Shown in pieces: positions 40,428 through 53,235 of a DNA stretch of 64,000 nucleotides (position 1 is its first letter; each line of letters starts with the position of its first letter). The notes under the pieces are model-generated. The model searched no databases. It was not told the DNA's origin and was given only the letters and a program-made list of their open reading frames with translations. A program made the position numbers and the translations under genes. This DNA is from Octopus bimaculoides (taxonomy: Eukaryota): positions 21,170,072 through 21,234,071 of the forward strand of contig NC_068981.1 in assembly GCF_001194135.2 (NCBI RefSeq), given 5' to 3'.

Positions 40428-40981
40428 GAGTGGGAGAGCAGTGCATGCCATCAAAGTGACACTGGAGTAAAATATACGAAGCCCAGTATACCCATCATGA
40501 CTACCAGTCCGATAAAGATACACCAGGCACATGCATCACAACCATATGTGTGCGACATGGTGATCTCATATCAAGATAAACAGCGCATGACCTCGCAGGT
40601 GGGACCCAGTTAGAATTTTCTTCAGGTCAAGTAGCCCATCTCACTCAAAAGGTCCTTGAATAAGGGTTGTTTAAGGATGTGGAATGAAACACGCATGTTT
40701 CCTGAGGTGAATTATTCAAACCTCAAAGAATTCCTCCCAACACATGGCTATGAAGGTCCCCCACTATTTCTGCTCATGATCAGAGATGCACATACTGTCA
40801 GCCACCAAAGGACACACTCAACTGGTTATGGTCAAACTACTGAAAAGCAAATCTGTGATATTGAGCAGAATATTTGCTGTAACCCATCTTTTATACCAAG
40901 ACAAAACATGTACATGATAACACTTCCAATCAGTTAAGATCAGAAGCTATGAGAGACAGTGCCTGGTACTGTATCAAGGCA
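40428..40981 (-). mobile_element. ~555-bp non-coding interspersed element inserted in (ATT)n, copy 1
   Basis: Reverse complement of 54432-54987 along its whole length with the same termini; flanked by ATT repeats. Strand is assigned arbitrarily relative to copy 2. Confidence 0.9.
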
Positions 40982-40989
40982 ATTATTAG

Positions 40990-41085
40990 GTGAGCCAGCA
41001 GCATTGTTAGCATGCTGGATGAAATGCTTAGCAGTATTTTGTCTGTCTTCGTGTTCTGAGTTCAAATTCCGCTGCGGTCAACTTC
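40990..41085 (+). mobile_element. tRNA-SINE head, 3' truncated
   Basis: gcattgttagcatgctggatgaaatgcttagc...gttctgagttcaaattccgctgcggtcaactt. Confidence 0.8.
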
Positions 41086-41400
41086 TAATAATAGCAATTC
41101 TGTGGCATTTTTTACATACCAAGCTATGTTGTTTTCTTCTGCTCTAATGCTGTGTTCACATCCAATAAGTCCTCTTCCCCATCTTTTTCTTGGTACATAC
41201 AGTCTTTCTGTGTCATTTTTTGGGTGGAGTGACCCATATCTAGTTAGCAACTTCCTTGTCTTTCTGTCTAAGCTGTTTAGTTCGTCTACTGTCCATGTGA
41301 TTACCCCTGCTCCATATCTAAGGAGTGAAACCACCCAGGTGTTCATAGCTTCAATCTTATTCCGTCTGTTTAATTTTGACTTAAGGATCAGTCTCAGATT
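41086..41400 (-). mobile_element. R4/Dong-clade non-LTR retrotransposon ORF fragment (post-RT region)
   Basis: LRLILKSKLNRRNKIEAMNTWVVSLLRYGAGVITWTVDELNSLDRKTRKLLT..LHPKNDTERLYVPRK..GRGL is typical of R4/Dong-type RLE elements; it begins directly after an (AAT)n-like tract. Confidence 0.8.
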
Positions 41401-41419
41401 ATTATCATTATTATTGCTA

Positions 41420-41570
41420 GAAGTAATGGTTTCTGATTCAGACACAAGGACAGCAGTGTTAAGTGGTGGGCATTAGTTGATTCCATCAACCACAGTATTT
41501 GACTAGTACTTTATATTATCCCCAAAGGATGAAAGGCAAAATTGACCTCAGTGGGATTTGAACTCAAAAC
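41420..41570 (-). mobile_element. tRNA-SINE fragment whose tail abuts the R4 fragment
   Basis: Minus strand gagttcaaatcccactgaggtcaattttgcctttcatcc...gaaaccatt. Confidence 0.7.
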
Positions 41571-42111
41571 TTTACATTCTAAGTTCAAATTCTACTGTCA
41601 GGGAAAATGCTTCAGTTTTTAGTCGACTCTCTTTATGGTCTGAATTCAAATTCCATAGGCTGACTTTATTTTAGCCCTTCAAAATGATGTTCAACAGAAC
41701 TGCTAGATGGAAAAGCATAAATTTGAGACAGAATCTTAAAGCAAAAAAGAGGAAGTATGGAATGGGTTATAAATGCTGAGTGATTAAAGTACCATAAAAG
41801 GATGGTAGATAGAACTATCTATAACTCATCATCTAGATCTAAAGTAAGCTTGACCAGGATGTGTGAATGCTGTGTTAACATCAAAGTTCAACAGTCCTTC
41901 TTTCAATATAGTTGTTCTTGTGTAGTTAACTGTTCTAAAGCAGACCGATGGCATATAAGTTACTGGGAAAACATCAGGGTAAGCCTCACAGATGCAGTAA
42001 TCCAAATATTTCATACCTTTCATCTTGATAAGGAGTGAATATGCTGTTTAGACTAAGGGCAGGACTGACTGCAGTGTTGCTAATTTGCATCTTTAGGTGC
42101 TAAATTTAGCT

Positions 42112-42143
<32 letters not shown>

Positions 42144-42164
42144 NNNNNNNNNNNNNNNNNNNNN
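42144..42164. other. Assembly gap within (TA)n
   Basis: Run of N. Confidence 1.
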
Positions 42165-42708
42165 ATGTATATATATATATATATGTATGTATAAGGTGAG
42201 CAAAAGTGTATTACACTGCCATATGTATATATAAATATAGAAAATGGAACATAACTGCAATAGAGGACAATAAAACATCCGGACAGACAGACGATATCTG
42301 TCTGGATGTATAATTGTCCTCTATTACGTTTTTGTTCCATTATATATATATATGTGCGTGTGTGTGTACACACAAACACACATTTAGTTCAAATACATTA
42401 TAATCTAGTACTTACCACTCAATTTATCTAATTTTCATAATCTGACCTCTGCTTCCTTTTATTTAAAATGCATGTGAGAATGATTGTAATATACATATAT
42501 GTAAGTGCATAAGTATATGTACACAATGTATATACACAAACATATATATATATGCATTTAAAAAAAAAATGTCTGCATATTTATACATTTTTAATCTATA
42601 ATGTACAATTGTCCATTAAATTCATCTCTAATCGGAGTCATGTTAGAGATTGAATTACCAGGTCTTTTGTTTCTTCACATTACATATTTATATATATATA
42701 TATATATG

Positions 42709-42726
42709 GAGAGAGAGAGATAGAGA

Positions 42727-42787
<61 letters not shown>

Positions 42788-42808
42788 AGAGAGAGAGGGA
42801 GAGAGAGA
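42709..42808. repeat. (GA)n microsatellite
   Basis: Read directly from the sequence. Confidence 0.95.
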
Positions 42809-42819
42809 TGCAGACGTGA

Positions 42820-44095
42820 GTGTGTGGTAAAAAACTTGCTTCCCAACATGGTTATAGGTTCAGTCTCACTGTGTGGAATCTTGGGTGTCTACTACAGCTT
42901 TGGGCTGTCAAAGCCTTGTGAGTGGATTTAATAGATGGAAACTGAAAGAAGCCAACCATATATGAGGAGGTAACCAAAAGTAACCGGAAACATTCTCTGT
43001 AGGACAAGTCCATTGTAGTTCAGGCTTCTGCCATTAGAAATCACAAGATGCAACTCTCAGGCATCAGTCTGCCGACCAGTGTCTATGACTGAGGTTGTAC
43101 TGTCACAAGGTGTATCTTTGTTTTGCAGTGCTTCTCCCCAGTTCGTTGATTTTAGTGATGGCTGAAACAAAAGAACAGTGTGCTTCTGTGAAATTCTGTT
43201 TTCTGCAACACATGGTCAAAACAGTTGTCATGCCTCAAACAGCTTACAAGGATGCTGCCATGGGCAAAACGCAAGTTTACGAGCAATTTTCACGCTTTAG
43301 GAATGGTCGCTTGAAGACCAACCTCTTCCAGGGTGACTGTCAACCCGCTGTACAAATGAAAACATCACAAAAATGCATGAACTGATGCTGGAGGACTGTC
43401 ACCAAACAATCGACAAACTTGATATGACTGGTGTGTCCTTGAGCTCCTGCCAACAAATTTTGAGAAAGGAATTGTAAATGAAAAGAGTTACAGCAAAATT
43501 TGTGCCTCATTTGCTCACAGAAGATCAAACGCAGTCACGAATGAATGTGTGACCTCACTTACCCAACCTTCCTATTCACCTGATCTTGCTCCCTGCGACT
43601 TTTTTTTGTTCTCCCAAATGAAAAACTTCTTACAGGAAAACGTTTTGCAGATGTGGAAGAGGTGAGGAAAAATCGACGGAGGCATTAATAGGCATCACTT
43701 CGCAATAGTTTCCATCACTGCTTCGAACAGTGGAAAACGTGTCTGCACCGATACATTGCTTCAAATGGAGAATACTTTGAAGGCAATAAAAGTGTAAACA
43801 TGTAAAACTAAGTGAATAAAATAATATTGCAAAATTCCGGTTTCTTTTGGCTAACCCCTCGTATATATATATATCGGTATGTATGTGTCTTTGTGGTTGT
43901 CCCACATCATTACTTGACAACTGATGTTGGTGTATTTACGTTCTTGTAACTTGGTGGTTCAGCAAAGGAGTAAAGTTGAATAAGTACCAGGCTTAATAAA
44001 CATAAGTACTGGGGTCGATTCATTCAACTAAAATTCTTCAAGGTGGTGCCCCAGCATGGCTGCTGTCTAATGACTGAAACAAGTAATAGACAAAA
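42820..44095 (+). mobile_element. tRNA-derived SINE split by a mariner insertion (halves 42820-42962 and 43862-44095)
   Basis: Head ends ...gaaactgaaagaagccaaccata(ta); the body resumes after the mariner with gtgtctttgtggttgtccc and ends ...gactgaaacaagtaa..aaagata. Confidence 0.75.
42963..43861 (+). mobile_element. mariner-like element, internally deleted, non-autonomous
   Basis: TA TSDs; imperfect TIRs (T/C)GAGG(A/G)G(G/T)TA(A/G)CCAAAAG(T/A)AACCGGAA. Translation MAETKEQCASVKFCF..AYKDAAMGKTQVYEQFSRF.NG, FVPHLLTEDQ, and a PYSPDLAPCDFFLF-like motif; central catalytic region missing. Confidence 0.9.
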
Positions 44096-44139
44096 GATAT
44101 AAATACATAAGAATGTATATATATATATACCCTAGCGGT

Positions 44140-44867
44140 TGAGGGAACATGTGGAAGAGGTAGACCCAGGAAGACCTGGGATGAGGTGGTGAAGCACGAC
44201 CTTCGAACATTAGGCTTCACCAAGGCAATGACTAGTGACCAAGACCTTTGGAAATATGTAGTGCATGAGAAGACCTGGCAAGCCAAGTGAGACCATAACC
44301 CGCGCGCGGCCTATGCCAGGGGTGTAACCAGCCCACTTATGTGTACCTTTCCTTCATTGGACACTAAACTCTGCTTGTGAAGACCTGTTGAGGCAAGTGA
44401 AATCGAACTCAAATCAAATTTGCAAATTCGATGACTGGCACCTGTGCCAGGGGAGCACTAAAAGCACCATCCGAGCATGATTGCTGCCAGAGCAGCTGAC
44501 TGGCTTCCATTCCGGTGGCACGTAAAAAGCACCATTCAAACGTGATCATTACCAGCATCGCCTTACTGGCACTTGTGCCGGTGGCACATGAAAAAACATT
44601 TGAGCGAGGTCGTTGCCAGTGCTGCTGGACTGGCTCCTGTGCGCAGGTGGCATGTAAAAAACACCACTTGAGTGTGGCCGTTGCCAGTACCGCCTGACTG
44701 GCCCTCGTGCCAGTGGCACGTAAAAGCACCCACTACACTCTCGGAGTGGTTGGCGTTAGGAAGGGCATCCAGCTGTAGAAACTCTGCTAGATCAGATTGG
44801 AGCCTGGTGCAGCCATCTGGTATGCCAGTCCTCAGTCAAATTGTCCAACCCATGCTAGGATGGAAAG
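44140..44867 (+). mobile_element. RTE LINE 3' end with ~64-bp minisatellite UTR
   Basis: LAVEGTCGRGRPRKTWDEVVKHDLRTLGFTKAMTSDQDLWKYVVHEKTWQAK*; tandem units at ~44455-44730; the standard tail runs into an N-gap. Confidence 0.9.
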
Positions 44868-44993
44868 NNNNNNNNNNNNNNNNNNNNNNNNNNNNNNNNN
44901 NNNNNNNNNNNNNNNNNNNNNNNNNNNNNNNNNNNNNNNNNNNNNNNNNNNNNNNNNNNNNNNNNNNNNNNNNNNNNNNNNNNNNNNNNNNNN
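44868..44993. other. Assembly gap
   Basis: Run of N. Confidence 1.
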
Positions 44994-46262
44994 TTTTAAA
45001 GAAGGTTGCAGTACCTTTATATACATATATATATATATATATAATAATAATATTAGGGACAAAATCCAAAATTACAGGTAAAAACTCAATTAAAATCAAT
45101 TTATAAAAAATTAAAATTAAATTGAGCTTTACAGATTAAAATATATATAAATATATAGTTTTCATAAATACATATACATGTATGTATATACATATATATA
45201 TATATACATATATTTGAGAAGTGTGTTCTTTTTCTCTCAAGTTCTTTAATAACTGATTTTATGGAGGTAATGGAACATAACAAAAATTGATATGTAATTC
45301 TCAAATGTCTGCATCTATTCCTGAAAACATACTCGTGAAACTAGGCAACAATATATAAATCTGTAATTCATCAGTAGTAAAGCTGATGGAATTGTATATC
45401 TAAAATATACATTGAAATATCAAAATAATTTTGCTAACAGTAAAATTTAAAATGAAGCAAGAAATGAGTCATGCTTACTTGATATAAATCTGGAAATTAA
45501 GAAGCTGCACTGAAGTACAGAAATTGCTTTTGATAAAATTATTCTTGTATAAAAGACACAGACAACCTAATTCATAAAATAAAAAGATTATGCAGCTATT
45601 ATTAAATATTTTAATGTTTTTAATAGGTAAAATGTCGTAAAATAATGGTTGAATTTAAATATATTGTTTCATCTATTTAGAACATTGATACCTTAAGGAA
45701 AATATAAGGTTCCATCACTAAAATGATTTGAAAACTAAGGACTGACTAAATTTTTTACACTTTCCCTTGAATATGGCAGTAGAGCAGGTTGATACATAGA
45801 CATTACACACACACACAATGGTGTGTATGTGTACACACAGATACAAACCCAGAGGAAATCTTTGAATTGGATGAAAATGACCCCAAGCAGAACTATAAAA
45901 GGAAAGTACTAAAATATAAAGAATTGTCAGAAGGGTAGAGGGGGATGAGAGAGAGGAGAGGAGAGAGAGGAGAGGAGAGAGAGAGAGGAGAGGAGAGAAA
46001 GAGAGAGAGAAAAGGAAGGAGTGTGTGCTTGTACGTGTGTGTGTGTGTGTGTGTGTGTGAAGTGGGAGGTTCAAAGAATGAAACAACGGTTGCAGTAGTT
46101 TCCATTTATGATGAGTTTAAATATCTCAGAGAAAAAATGATAATGTATGAAATTTATCTTAGTTGATCAAGGTACAATTATTATCATGGGGCTGATTTAA
46201 TCTACTAACTCCTTATCCCATCAAATTTGTGGATTTCTACCTATGTTGAAAATTACCACCGT

Positions 46263-46313
<51 letters not shown>

Positions 46314-46333
46314 AACTACAACTACTACTACTG
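46263..46333. repeat. (TAC)n microsatellite
   Basis: Read directly from the sequence. Confidence 0.95.
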
Positions 46334-46623
46334 CTATTATGTAATTAACTATATCATCATCTCCCAAATAAGAAACCTTTTAACAATGTAAGAAATTATT
46401 ATTATTATTATTATTAAGACAAGATGCAGGAAATTTTGGAGTGAGAGAAGAGCTGATTGTCTATCTTGGTAAAAGAAATTTATGAAGCTATGGAGGAAAG
46501 AAGCAGTTGTTGCATTACACAGTATCATGACAGCTAAGAGATAAGGAAACTAAGCAGCCAATGGAGGGAATTAGCTTTCCTCTATCGAACAATGGCAATT
46601 GGTATGCAACTGCATGACACGTC

Positions 46624-46671
46624 GGAAGTAAAATGCTTTGGGAACAACTGTTCCCAAAGCATTTTATTTCC
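46624..46671. repeat. 23-bp-arm hairpin in unique-looking sequence
   Basis: GGAAGTAAAATGCTTTGGGAACA-AC-TGTTCCCAAAGCATTTTATTTCC; fully paired apart from one G:T. Confidence 0.95.
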
Positions 46672-47629
46672 ACTAATATCATTGAAAAGCTATTTTGTAA
46701 AACAAAAAAAGAAAAATTATAGAATGTGACATGAGCAGGTATTTGTAAGAATAACAGAAATAAATGAGCTTAAGTGAACGGAAATATAATCTTTTACTAC
46801 TGGAAGAATTCTGGCTTTATTATATTATACACATTAATGGTTTTGTTTTGGCAAATATTAACACTAAAGATGTTTTTTTTTTTGTATTGGAAAATGGAAA
46901 ACTTCCATCTATACATGTATATATAGTCAAACACATGAAGACATACATACGGTCACAAAAATCATACATATAGTTACTATAACATACAAACATATAGGCA
47001 AGCATACAAGGAACTGGTGCTGCAATGTCGATCCGATTAGATAGCAGTCTCCATATTGAATACATAAATAGCAAGAGAAAAATGTAGGTATAATTTATGA
47101 AAATTGAGGGTTACAACTTATGGAAAATGATCACACAGGTCTTAACATCCAAAATCGTTACCCACAACCACCCCATTCTCTGCCTTACTTCCCTCAGATA
47201 TGCCATCATTCAGCAGTAGAGACAATTCATAAAACATATCATCAGTCTCAATTTCAGTTAGTATTCTTCAGTGACAGAGTTGTCATCAAAGTGAAAACCC
47301 AAGACAGATGGTAGCAGGAGTCAACTACAATCAGCATTTATACTCATACACTGCACATAATTTACTAGAATTAAATGTCCGTTCTTGGTTCAAATAACAT
47401 CGGCATTTGTAAAACAAATGACAGGAATATAGTCAATGGAAATAATTTCCTTCCTTCACAACTGGCCTTCAGCACTACTACTATTACTACTACTGGAAAA
47501 ACGCAATGACCTATTGGATTCAAGAAAGAAACCTTGCAACAGAAAGTTTTTCTCTCTCTTTCTATATACATGTGGGGGTGTGTGTACGCAAACACACACA
47601 CAAATGATCATCACTCTCATTGTCATTTT

Positions 47630-48405
47630 ATATGTTTTCCATGCTGACATGAGGTGGATGATTTGACATACTGGACGATTACGTCTCGGTTTTGGCATGG
47701 TTTTTATGGCTGGATGCCCTTAGTACCAACCATTTTACAGAATGACCACTTTATAGGTGCATTTTTCATGGCGCTGGCACTACAGATTACGTTTTTCTCT
47801 CACCAACACTAAAATGCTCTCTGAAGTCCTACATTATCACTGACCAATTCAATTTACAAACAACTAAGAGAACAGTGAGTGTGTTTCTTTTGTTTTGTAG
47901 ATCACAAAGGAAAAGACAATCTCCATTAATGAATGAGAAGCAGTTACAGTATGTAAAAAAAAAGTTAGGGGTTGTGGGATGGAAGTGGAGGAGACACAGA
48001 AGAGAGGAAGAAGAGTAATGTTACAGATTAGTGTAGAACTGTTAAGGCAATGCAATGTGTCAAGTAGAAGACACCATATATATATTTAGAGAGTCAGAGA
48101 CAGACAGACAGACAATAAATGCATAGCTATATATGTATTTATATGCATATAACAATAATTGTATACATACACATAACAGAATTAATATTCTGAAACCAAG
48201 GAGCCACATAAATAGCATTGGTGTGGGTGCTGGTGTCATGTAAAAAGTACCTGTTACACTCTGTAAAGTGGTTGGCATTAGGAAGGTCATCCAGCTCTAG
48301 AGACCAAGCTAAAACAGACTAAGGAACCTGGTGCAGCCCCTGGTCTTGCCAATTCCCATGAAGCTGTCCAACCCATGCCAGCATAGAAACACATACATTA
48401 AATGT
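47630..48405. mobile_element. Two RTE-type tail fragments (47630-47780 minus, 48230-48405 plus)
   Basis: ggcatggtttttatggctggatgccctt.. and gtggttggcattaggaaggtcatccagct..cccatgccagcat motifs. Confidence 0.7.
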
Positions 48406-48424
48406 TGATCACACACACACACAT

Positions 48425-49555
48425 AATGAAGGGACAAAATAATGGCACCACCACTTATTATTTAACTACTCTTTTTCTGTTGGCAATATGACAAATTCAA
48501 AACTGTTCTAGTCTGTATATATGTGTTCATATGTATTGTGTATGCCTTCTTCATGATATAACCCTATTTTTTTAATCATTTTTTTTTTGCGAGCATTTAT
48601 ATTTATATCAGTTAAAATGTGTGGCTTATCTGATTTCCAGAGAGAACAAATTGTTGGAGCATAGATGGTTGGAGCATTGGTCACTAAAACTGCTGAACTG
48701 TTTAATGTTTTGAGAGGTACAATCTCTCAAATCACGATGGCATTCCAAAACCAAGGTAGGTAAAAACCAGCTCTGTGAGCTTTGGACAGAAGACAAAACT
48801 CATGTAGAGGGACTGCAGAGCTAAATCACCACCTTTCCACTCTTGATTCAATCAAAACTGTTTGTAGTGTACTCCATAAAGCTGGATACTGCAATTACTA
48901 AACTTTTCCTGTCCCTCATCAATACTGTTAAGCAGAAAAAAATGATGTCTAGACTATCAGAAGTGGTTAATGGCTCAACGAAGCATTATTCACTCTTTTC
49001 CTCCATTTTGAGGCAAGTTTATGTCTGGAGAAAAGAAGCCTTCAACTGTTTGACTGTTTGACTTCCACTAGGAAGCATGAAGGTGGCTCTATGATGATTT
49101 AGGCAACCATGTTACAAAATTCTTTTGACCCTTTACTTGTTCTACACGGCAGAGTTAATGTCAAGGATTATCTGAATATTTTGGCTGACCAATTTCATCC
49201 TATGGTAAATATTATTCCCTGATGATAGTGCAGTCTTCCAAGATGATAATGTACTGCTTCACACAGCTAATGTTATTTAATATTGATATGAAGAGGACAA
49301 AAGTAAATCCCTTGGACTGGGCCTCACCAAAGGAGCAATTGAGAAGCTGCTTCCTCCAAGATCAATGCTGAAAGAGCTAAAGCAGATTTTACTTGAAGAA
49401 TGATTCAGAATTCCACTAACAACCTTCCAGAACCTGTACTTGTCAATTCCTCAATGTATTAAAGGTGTGATTGAAGCCAAAAGTGGACCAACTCCATGCT
49501 GAATAATAAAATTTCTTTTTAAAAAAGTGTTTCCAATATTTTGTTCAAAGACAAA
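48425..49555 (+). mobile_element. Tc1-like (DD34E-type) transposon remnant
   Basis: Across frames: QIVGA.MVGALVTKTAELF.V.RGTIS; RQVYVWR.KEAF; KHEGGS; G.VNVKDYLNILADQFHPMV..LFPD..AVFQDDN; IE.KSGPTP. Decayed TIRs ggacaaaataatggcacc / gtgtttccaatattttgttc. Confidence 0.82.
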
Positions 49556-51305
49556 AATTTATGTACATGTGTACTTGTGTGTGTGTGTGTGTATATATAC
49601 ACACACACACACACACACATATAAGTATATAAATGCATATACATATATCTTTATACAATACAGCATAAAAATTTAAAAAAATTATATCTTCAAAATTTAT
49701 TTATTAATGCATTATTCTCATCAAACTCTAATCTGACATGTATTTCTGTTGGATGCAGTAGTAACATGCATTTAGCTGATTTAAATTAAAACAATTGTAG
49801 TACATATTCATCCAAGGTAGATATTCCTATGAAGGTCTGTTCAAGGTTTTACCCACACGGCTGGGTGAAACAAATTGAAGATTCAAGTATTAGTTATTCC
49901 TTAAAGAATATTCTAGGAGAGGGACAGTAGAGTTTTCACTGAAATATGATATGACTATAGTTCTGATATCACTTAAGCTTAGAATGATCTTTTTAGATAT
50001 TAAGGGAATAAATTAATTTTATACACTTAGAAGAAAAAAACCTTAATTACGTTGTGATGCATTCATACCACTGACCACTCATAATGAGGGCAATATAAAA
50101 TAGAGAGATTTAAAGGGAATTGAAAGAAAGAGGAAATAAATATCATTTTAATTGGATAATCAGACCAGTCCATAACAGTAAAGTTTTATGTTTTTCTGAA
50201 TATTAGAAGTCTTGTATTAATTGATATGAATAAAGTGAATTGAAATTCTAATCATACTTTGTTTCAGTTCACACACAAACAAAACAAAGCAAAAAACTAG
50301 AACAGTGAGGCTTAGTTCAAATTTTTAAAAATCTAAAATAAGTTTGCTATTATCCGACTAGGTTAATTTATGTACTGTTTTATTTACATGATTTCTAATT
50401 AAAAACCCTTATTTGCGCACATTTTACTGTTAAATTGTTTCTGCAATTTAATAACCTGCAATTAGAAGAAAGGATATGGAATACTTCTTTCAAGCAGAGA
50501 TTACCTTTCTAATTCCCAATAGTGTACAGTGAAGCCCTACTAATAATTGACAATTTAATATCATATTTATGGTTCTTATCCTTTAAAGTCTAGATGAACC
50601 CACTCAAACTTGTACAATTATTTTCCCTATTTTTTGAAAGAAGAAAGGTGGTTAGATAATCTTTGCTTAAAGTTAGTAGAACATGAAACTGTCACTGTAT
50701 ATTTGTAAACTAGGTTTTTCTGAGGCATTACTCTTCATGTGGACATACTAATTTGCTCTTACAGTTACAATCATGCTTATTAATATTAACCCTATGCTTG
50801 CTATTGGCAGAAGTATTATGTGCTCCGTCTATATTATTATGTACCACTATGAAAATTATTGGTTTCACTATCGATTAAATAGTTGTGCTATAGGATTCCT
50901 TACTAGATTCATTTAATTCATATGTGTGGTTTGGGCTTAGTTTCCTCTCTTATACTAGCTTCTGTAGGTTTGCTAGTGTTTCCACTATTACTGCTGTCCA
51001 AACAGATGTTCATTATTCCACTAGAATCATTCATAATATGTTCTACCTTATCCATACAGTTATTATTATTACAAGCCATATTATCACTATTTGTATTCTA
51101 TTATTTGTGTTTACTAGGTTCCTACTAGTGAATTCTCTAGTTTACTTAAAATTGTGTGCTGGTATAATTTGGGCTAGGTTCTTAGTTGTCAAAAAGGAAA
51201 ACCTAAATGTGTGCTGGCTGGAAATCTGATTATATTCGCAGGTTGTGGCTTTCTAAGTCTCAAAGACTGTACTGTACCATAATATATGTCTAGACCTCAC
51301 TTTTC

Positions 51306-51366
51306 TATTAACCTGTTTATTAAGGGGTTTACTTTTATATTAACCTGTTTATTAAGGGGTTTACTT
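51306..51366. repeat. Tandem duplication (29-bp identical unit, period 32)
   Basis: TATTAACCTGTTTATTAAGGGGTTTACTT at 51306 and 51338. Confidence 0.95.
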
Positions 51367-51859
51367 AAATTTATATTGTTATCCATTAGGCAACTATTCA
51401 TATTGTGATGTTTGGCATGCTAACAGGAAATCTCATTTTCCTTCTCATGGTCTTTTTTGTTTTATGTGAACTAGAACCTTGAACAAAACTGCAGAGCAAT
51501 GTCTACTTTGGATGAATATGTACTACAAGATGTAAATTTAAATCAACAAAATGCACATAACTGCTACATCAAAAGACATTATGACACTTATTCAGCAGAA
51601 ACATGTGTTGAATTAGAATTTGATGAGAATAATGCATTAATAAATAAATTTTGAAGATATATAATTCTCCACTCTTCTTTATGTGTTGATTATATATATA
51701 CTCTGTAGGCTGTATGAAATCCAATGAAGCATACTCGGGATTTACTTACAGAATGAAGTACCATTCCATTGATTATCTTAAACAATTCTGTATGTTCTGT
51801 AACAGCTTGATGTATTGGTGAACAATCAAAAGCATTGGAGAGCATAAAAACTGAAGTGG

Positions 51860-52607
51860 TAGTTGAGAAAAAGTTGGCTGACAAGGAGGACTGGAAGCCA
51901 TCTGAATATTGGGAAAAAGTTACCTGTATTATGATGGTTTGCACTGGGTGTGAAAACGGCGACATCATGACTGCTGCTCAATGACCTGTGAATACCATAA
52001 AGGCTATAAGACACAACATGGACAACTGCAACAGAAACTATGAAGTCATGGCCAGCAGGAAGGAACACAGCAGGCGTTCTGACTGTGTTTGCATGCCATA
52101 TTTCATTTGATAACTGCAGGACAAAGCCTTAGGCTAATTTCAGATGGCTATGTGAAGCTACTGGAAACCATGGTCAAAACCTGGGTGGAGAGAGTTGCTG
52201 CTAGAAAGCCATGTGTGTGGCAGAAGGATTTGGCTTTCAGAAGTAGTTGTTAGAGAATATCTATGACTTCATCAGCCACAATTTCTATCCCCTTAATTCG
52301 CCTGGGTTGTAATCCCATTGATTATAAAGTGTGAGGTGTAGTTGAGAATGACATCAACTGCATTGTTTGCAACACCAAGGCTAAGCTGTAGCCAAGATTA
52401 AGGAGTTGTTAAAAAATCTTCCTTGTGACATGGAGAGGAACACAGGCACCAGGTTCCAGAACCATATTGAGGCTGTGGTGGAAGCTGAGTATGGTTACTT
52501 AGCATAAATTGTTATCTGTGAGCCATAATCTAGTCGATATTTTTGGATGGGATATTGTATTTCCTTCTCCTTTTATGCAGACTGTTAAATTTAATCTGAA
52601 CACCCTG
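51860..52607 (+). mobile_element. maT/DD37D-related Tc1/mariner remnant, internally deleted
   Basis: Right end ..aaatttaatctgaacaccctg|TA; C-terminal motifs (NSP..NPIDY.V.G.VE; RFQNHIEAVVEAEYGY) parallel the 59-kb element. Left end not resolved. Confidence 0.7.
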
Positions 52608-52639
52608 TATATATATATATGCATGTAGATATATAAATA

Positions 52640-53235
52640 TGAGTGGTTGGCGTTAGGAAGGGCATCCAGCTGTAGAAACTCTGCCAAATTAGATTGGAGC
52701 CTGGTGTTGCCATCCGGTTTCACCAGTCCTCAGTCAAATCGTCCAATCCATGCTAGCATGGAAAGCGGACGTTAAACGATGATGATGATGATGATGATGA
52801 TATGTACGACATATATATATGTATATACACATCATCATCAATGTTCTAGCATCCAATTTTCCATGCTTGCATGGATCAGACAAAATTTATAGAGGCAGAT
52901 TTTCTATGGTGAGGACAACATTCTTGTTACCAATCCTCACCCATTTACAATCAAGGTAATATTCCTCATGTCCGAAACATGTTCTCATAATATATTGGAA
53001 ATAAATGACACTGCTCCCATTAAGTGATATACAAGACAAGGAGATAAAGTACACATATATACATGCGCACCCATGTCTTCCTGGGTCTACCCCTTCTACA
53101 GGTTCCCTCCACAGTCAGAGATCAGCGCTTCATGACCAAACCAGCACAGTCGTCTCTTGCACACCACATCTGATACCTCTTGTGCCCAACGTTTCTGTTA
53201 AGATGCTTACACTCTGCTGTACATGCACACTGACA
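52640..53235. mobile_element. Cluster: RTE tail (+, 52640-52800), SINE body (-, ~52820-53030), RTE ORF-end fragment (-, ~53060-53235)
   Basis: gagtggttggcgttaggaagggcatccagctg...aaacgatgatgat; ccatgtcttcctgggtctacccc..aggttccctccacag is the reverse of GRPRKTW. Confidence 0.8.

Noticed and set aside
34385-42038. Short non-repetitive ORFs (34385, 35297, 41802, 41829)
   Set aside because: No recognisable domain, no convincing splice context, and lengths are within chance expectation.
51560-51615. GCAGAAACATGTG, resembling a hammerhead 3' half
   Set aside because: No CUGANGA upstream and no UH cleavage triplet.
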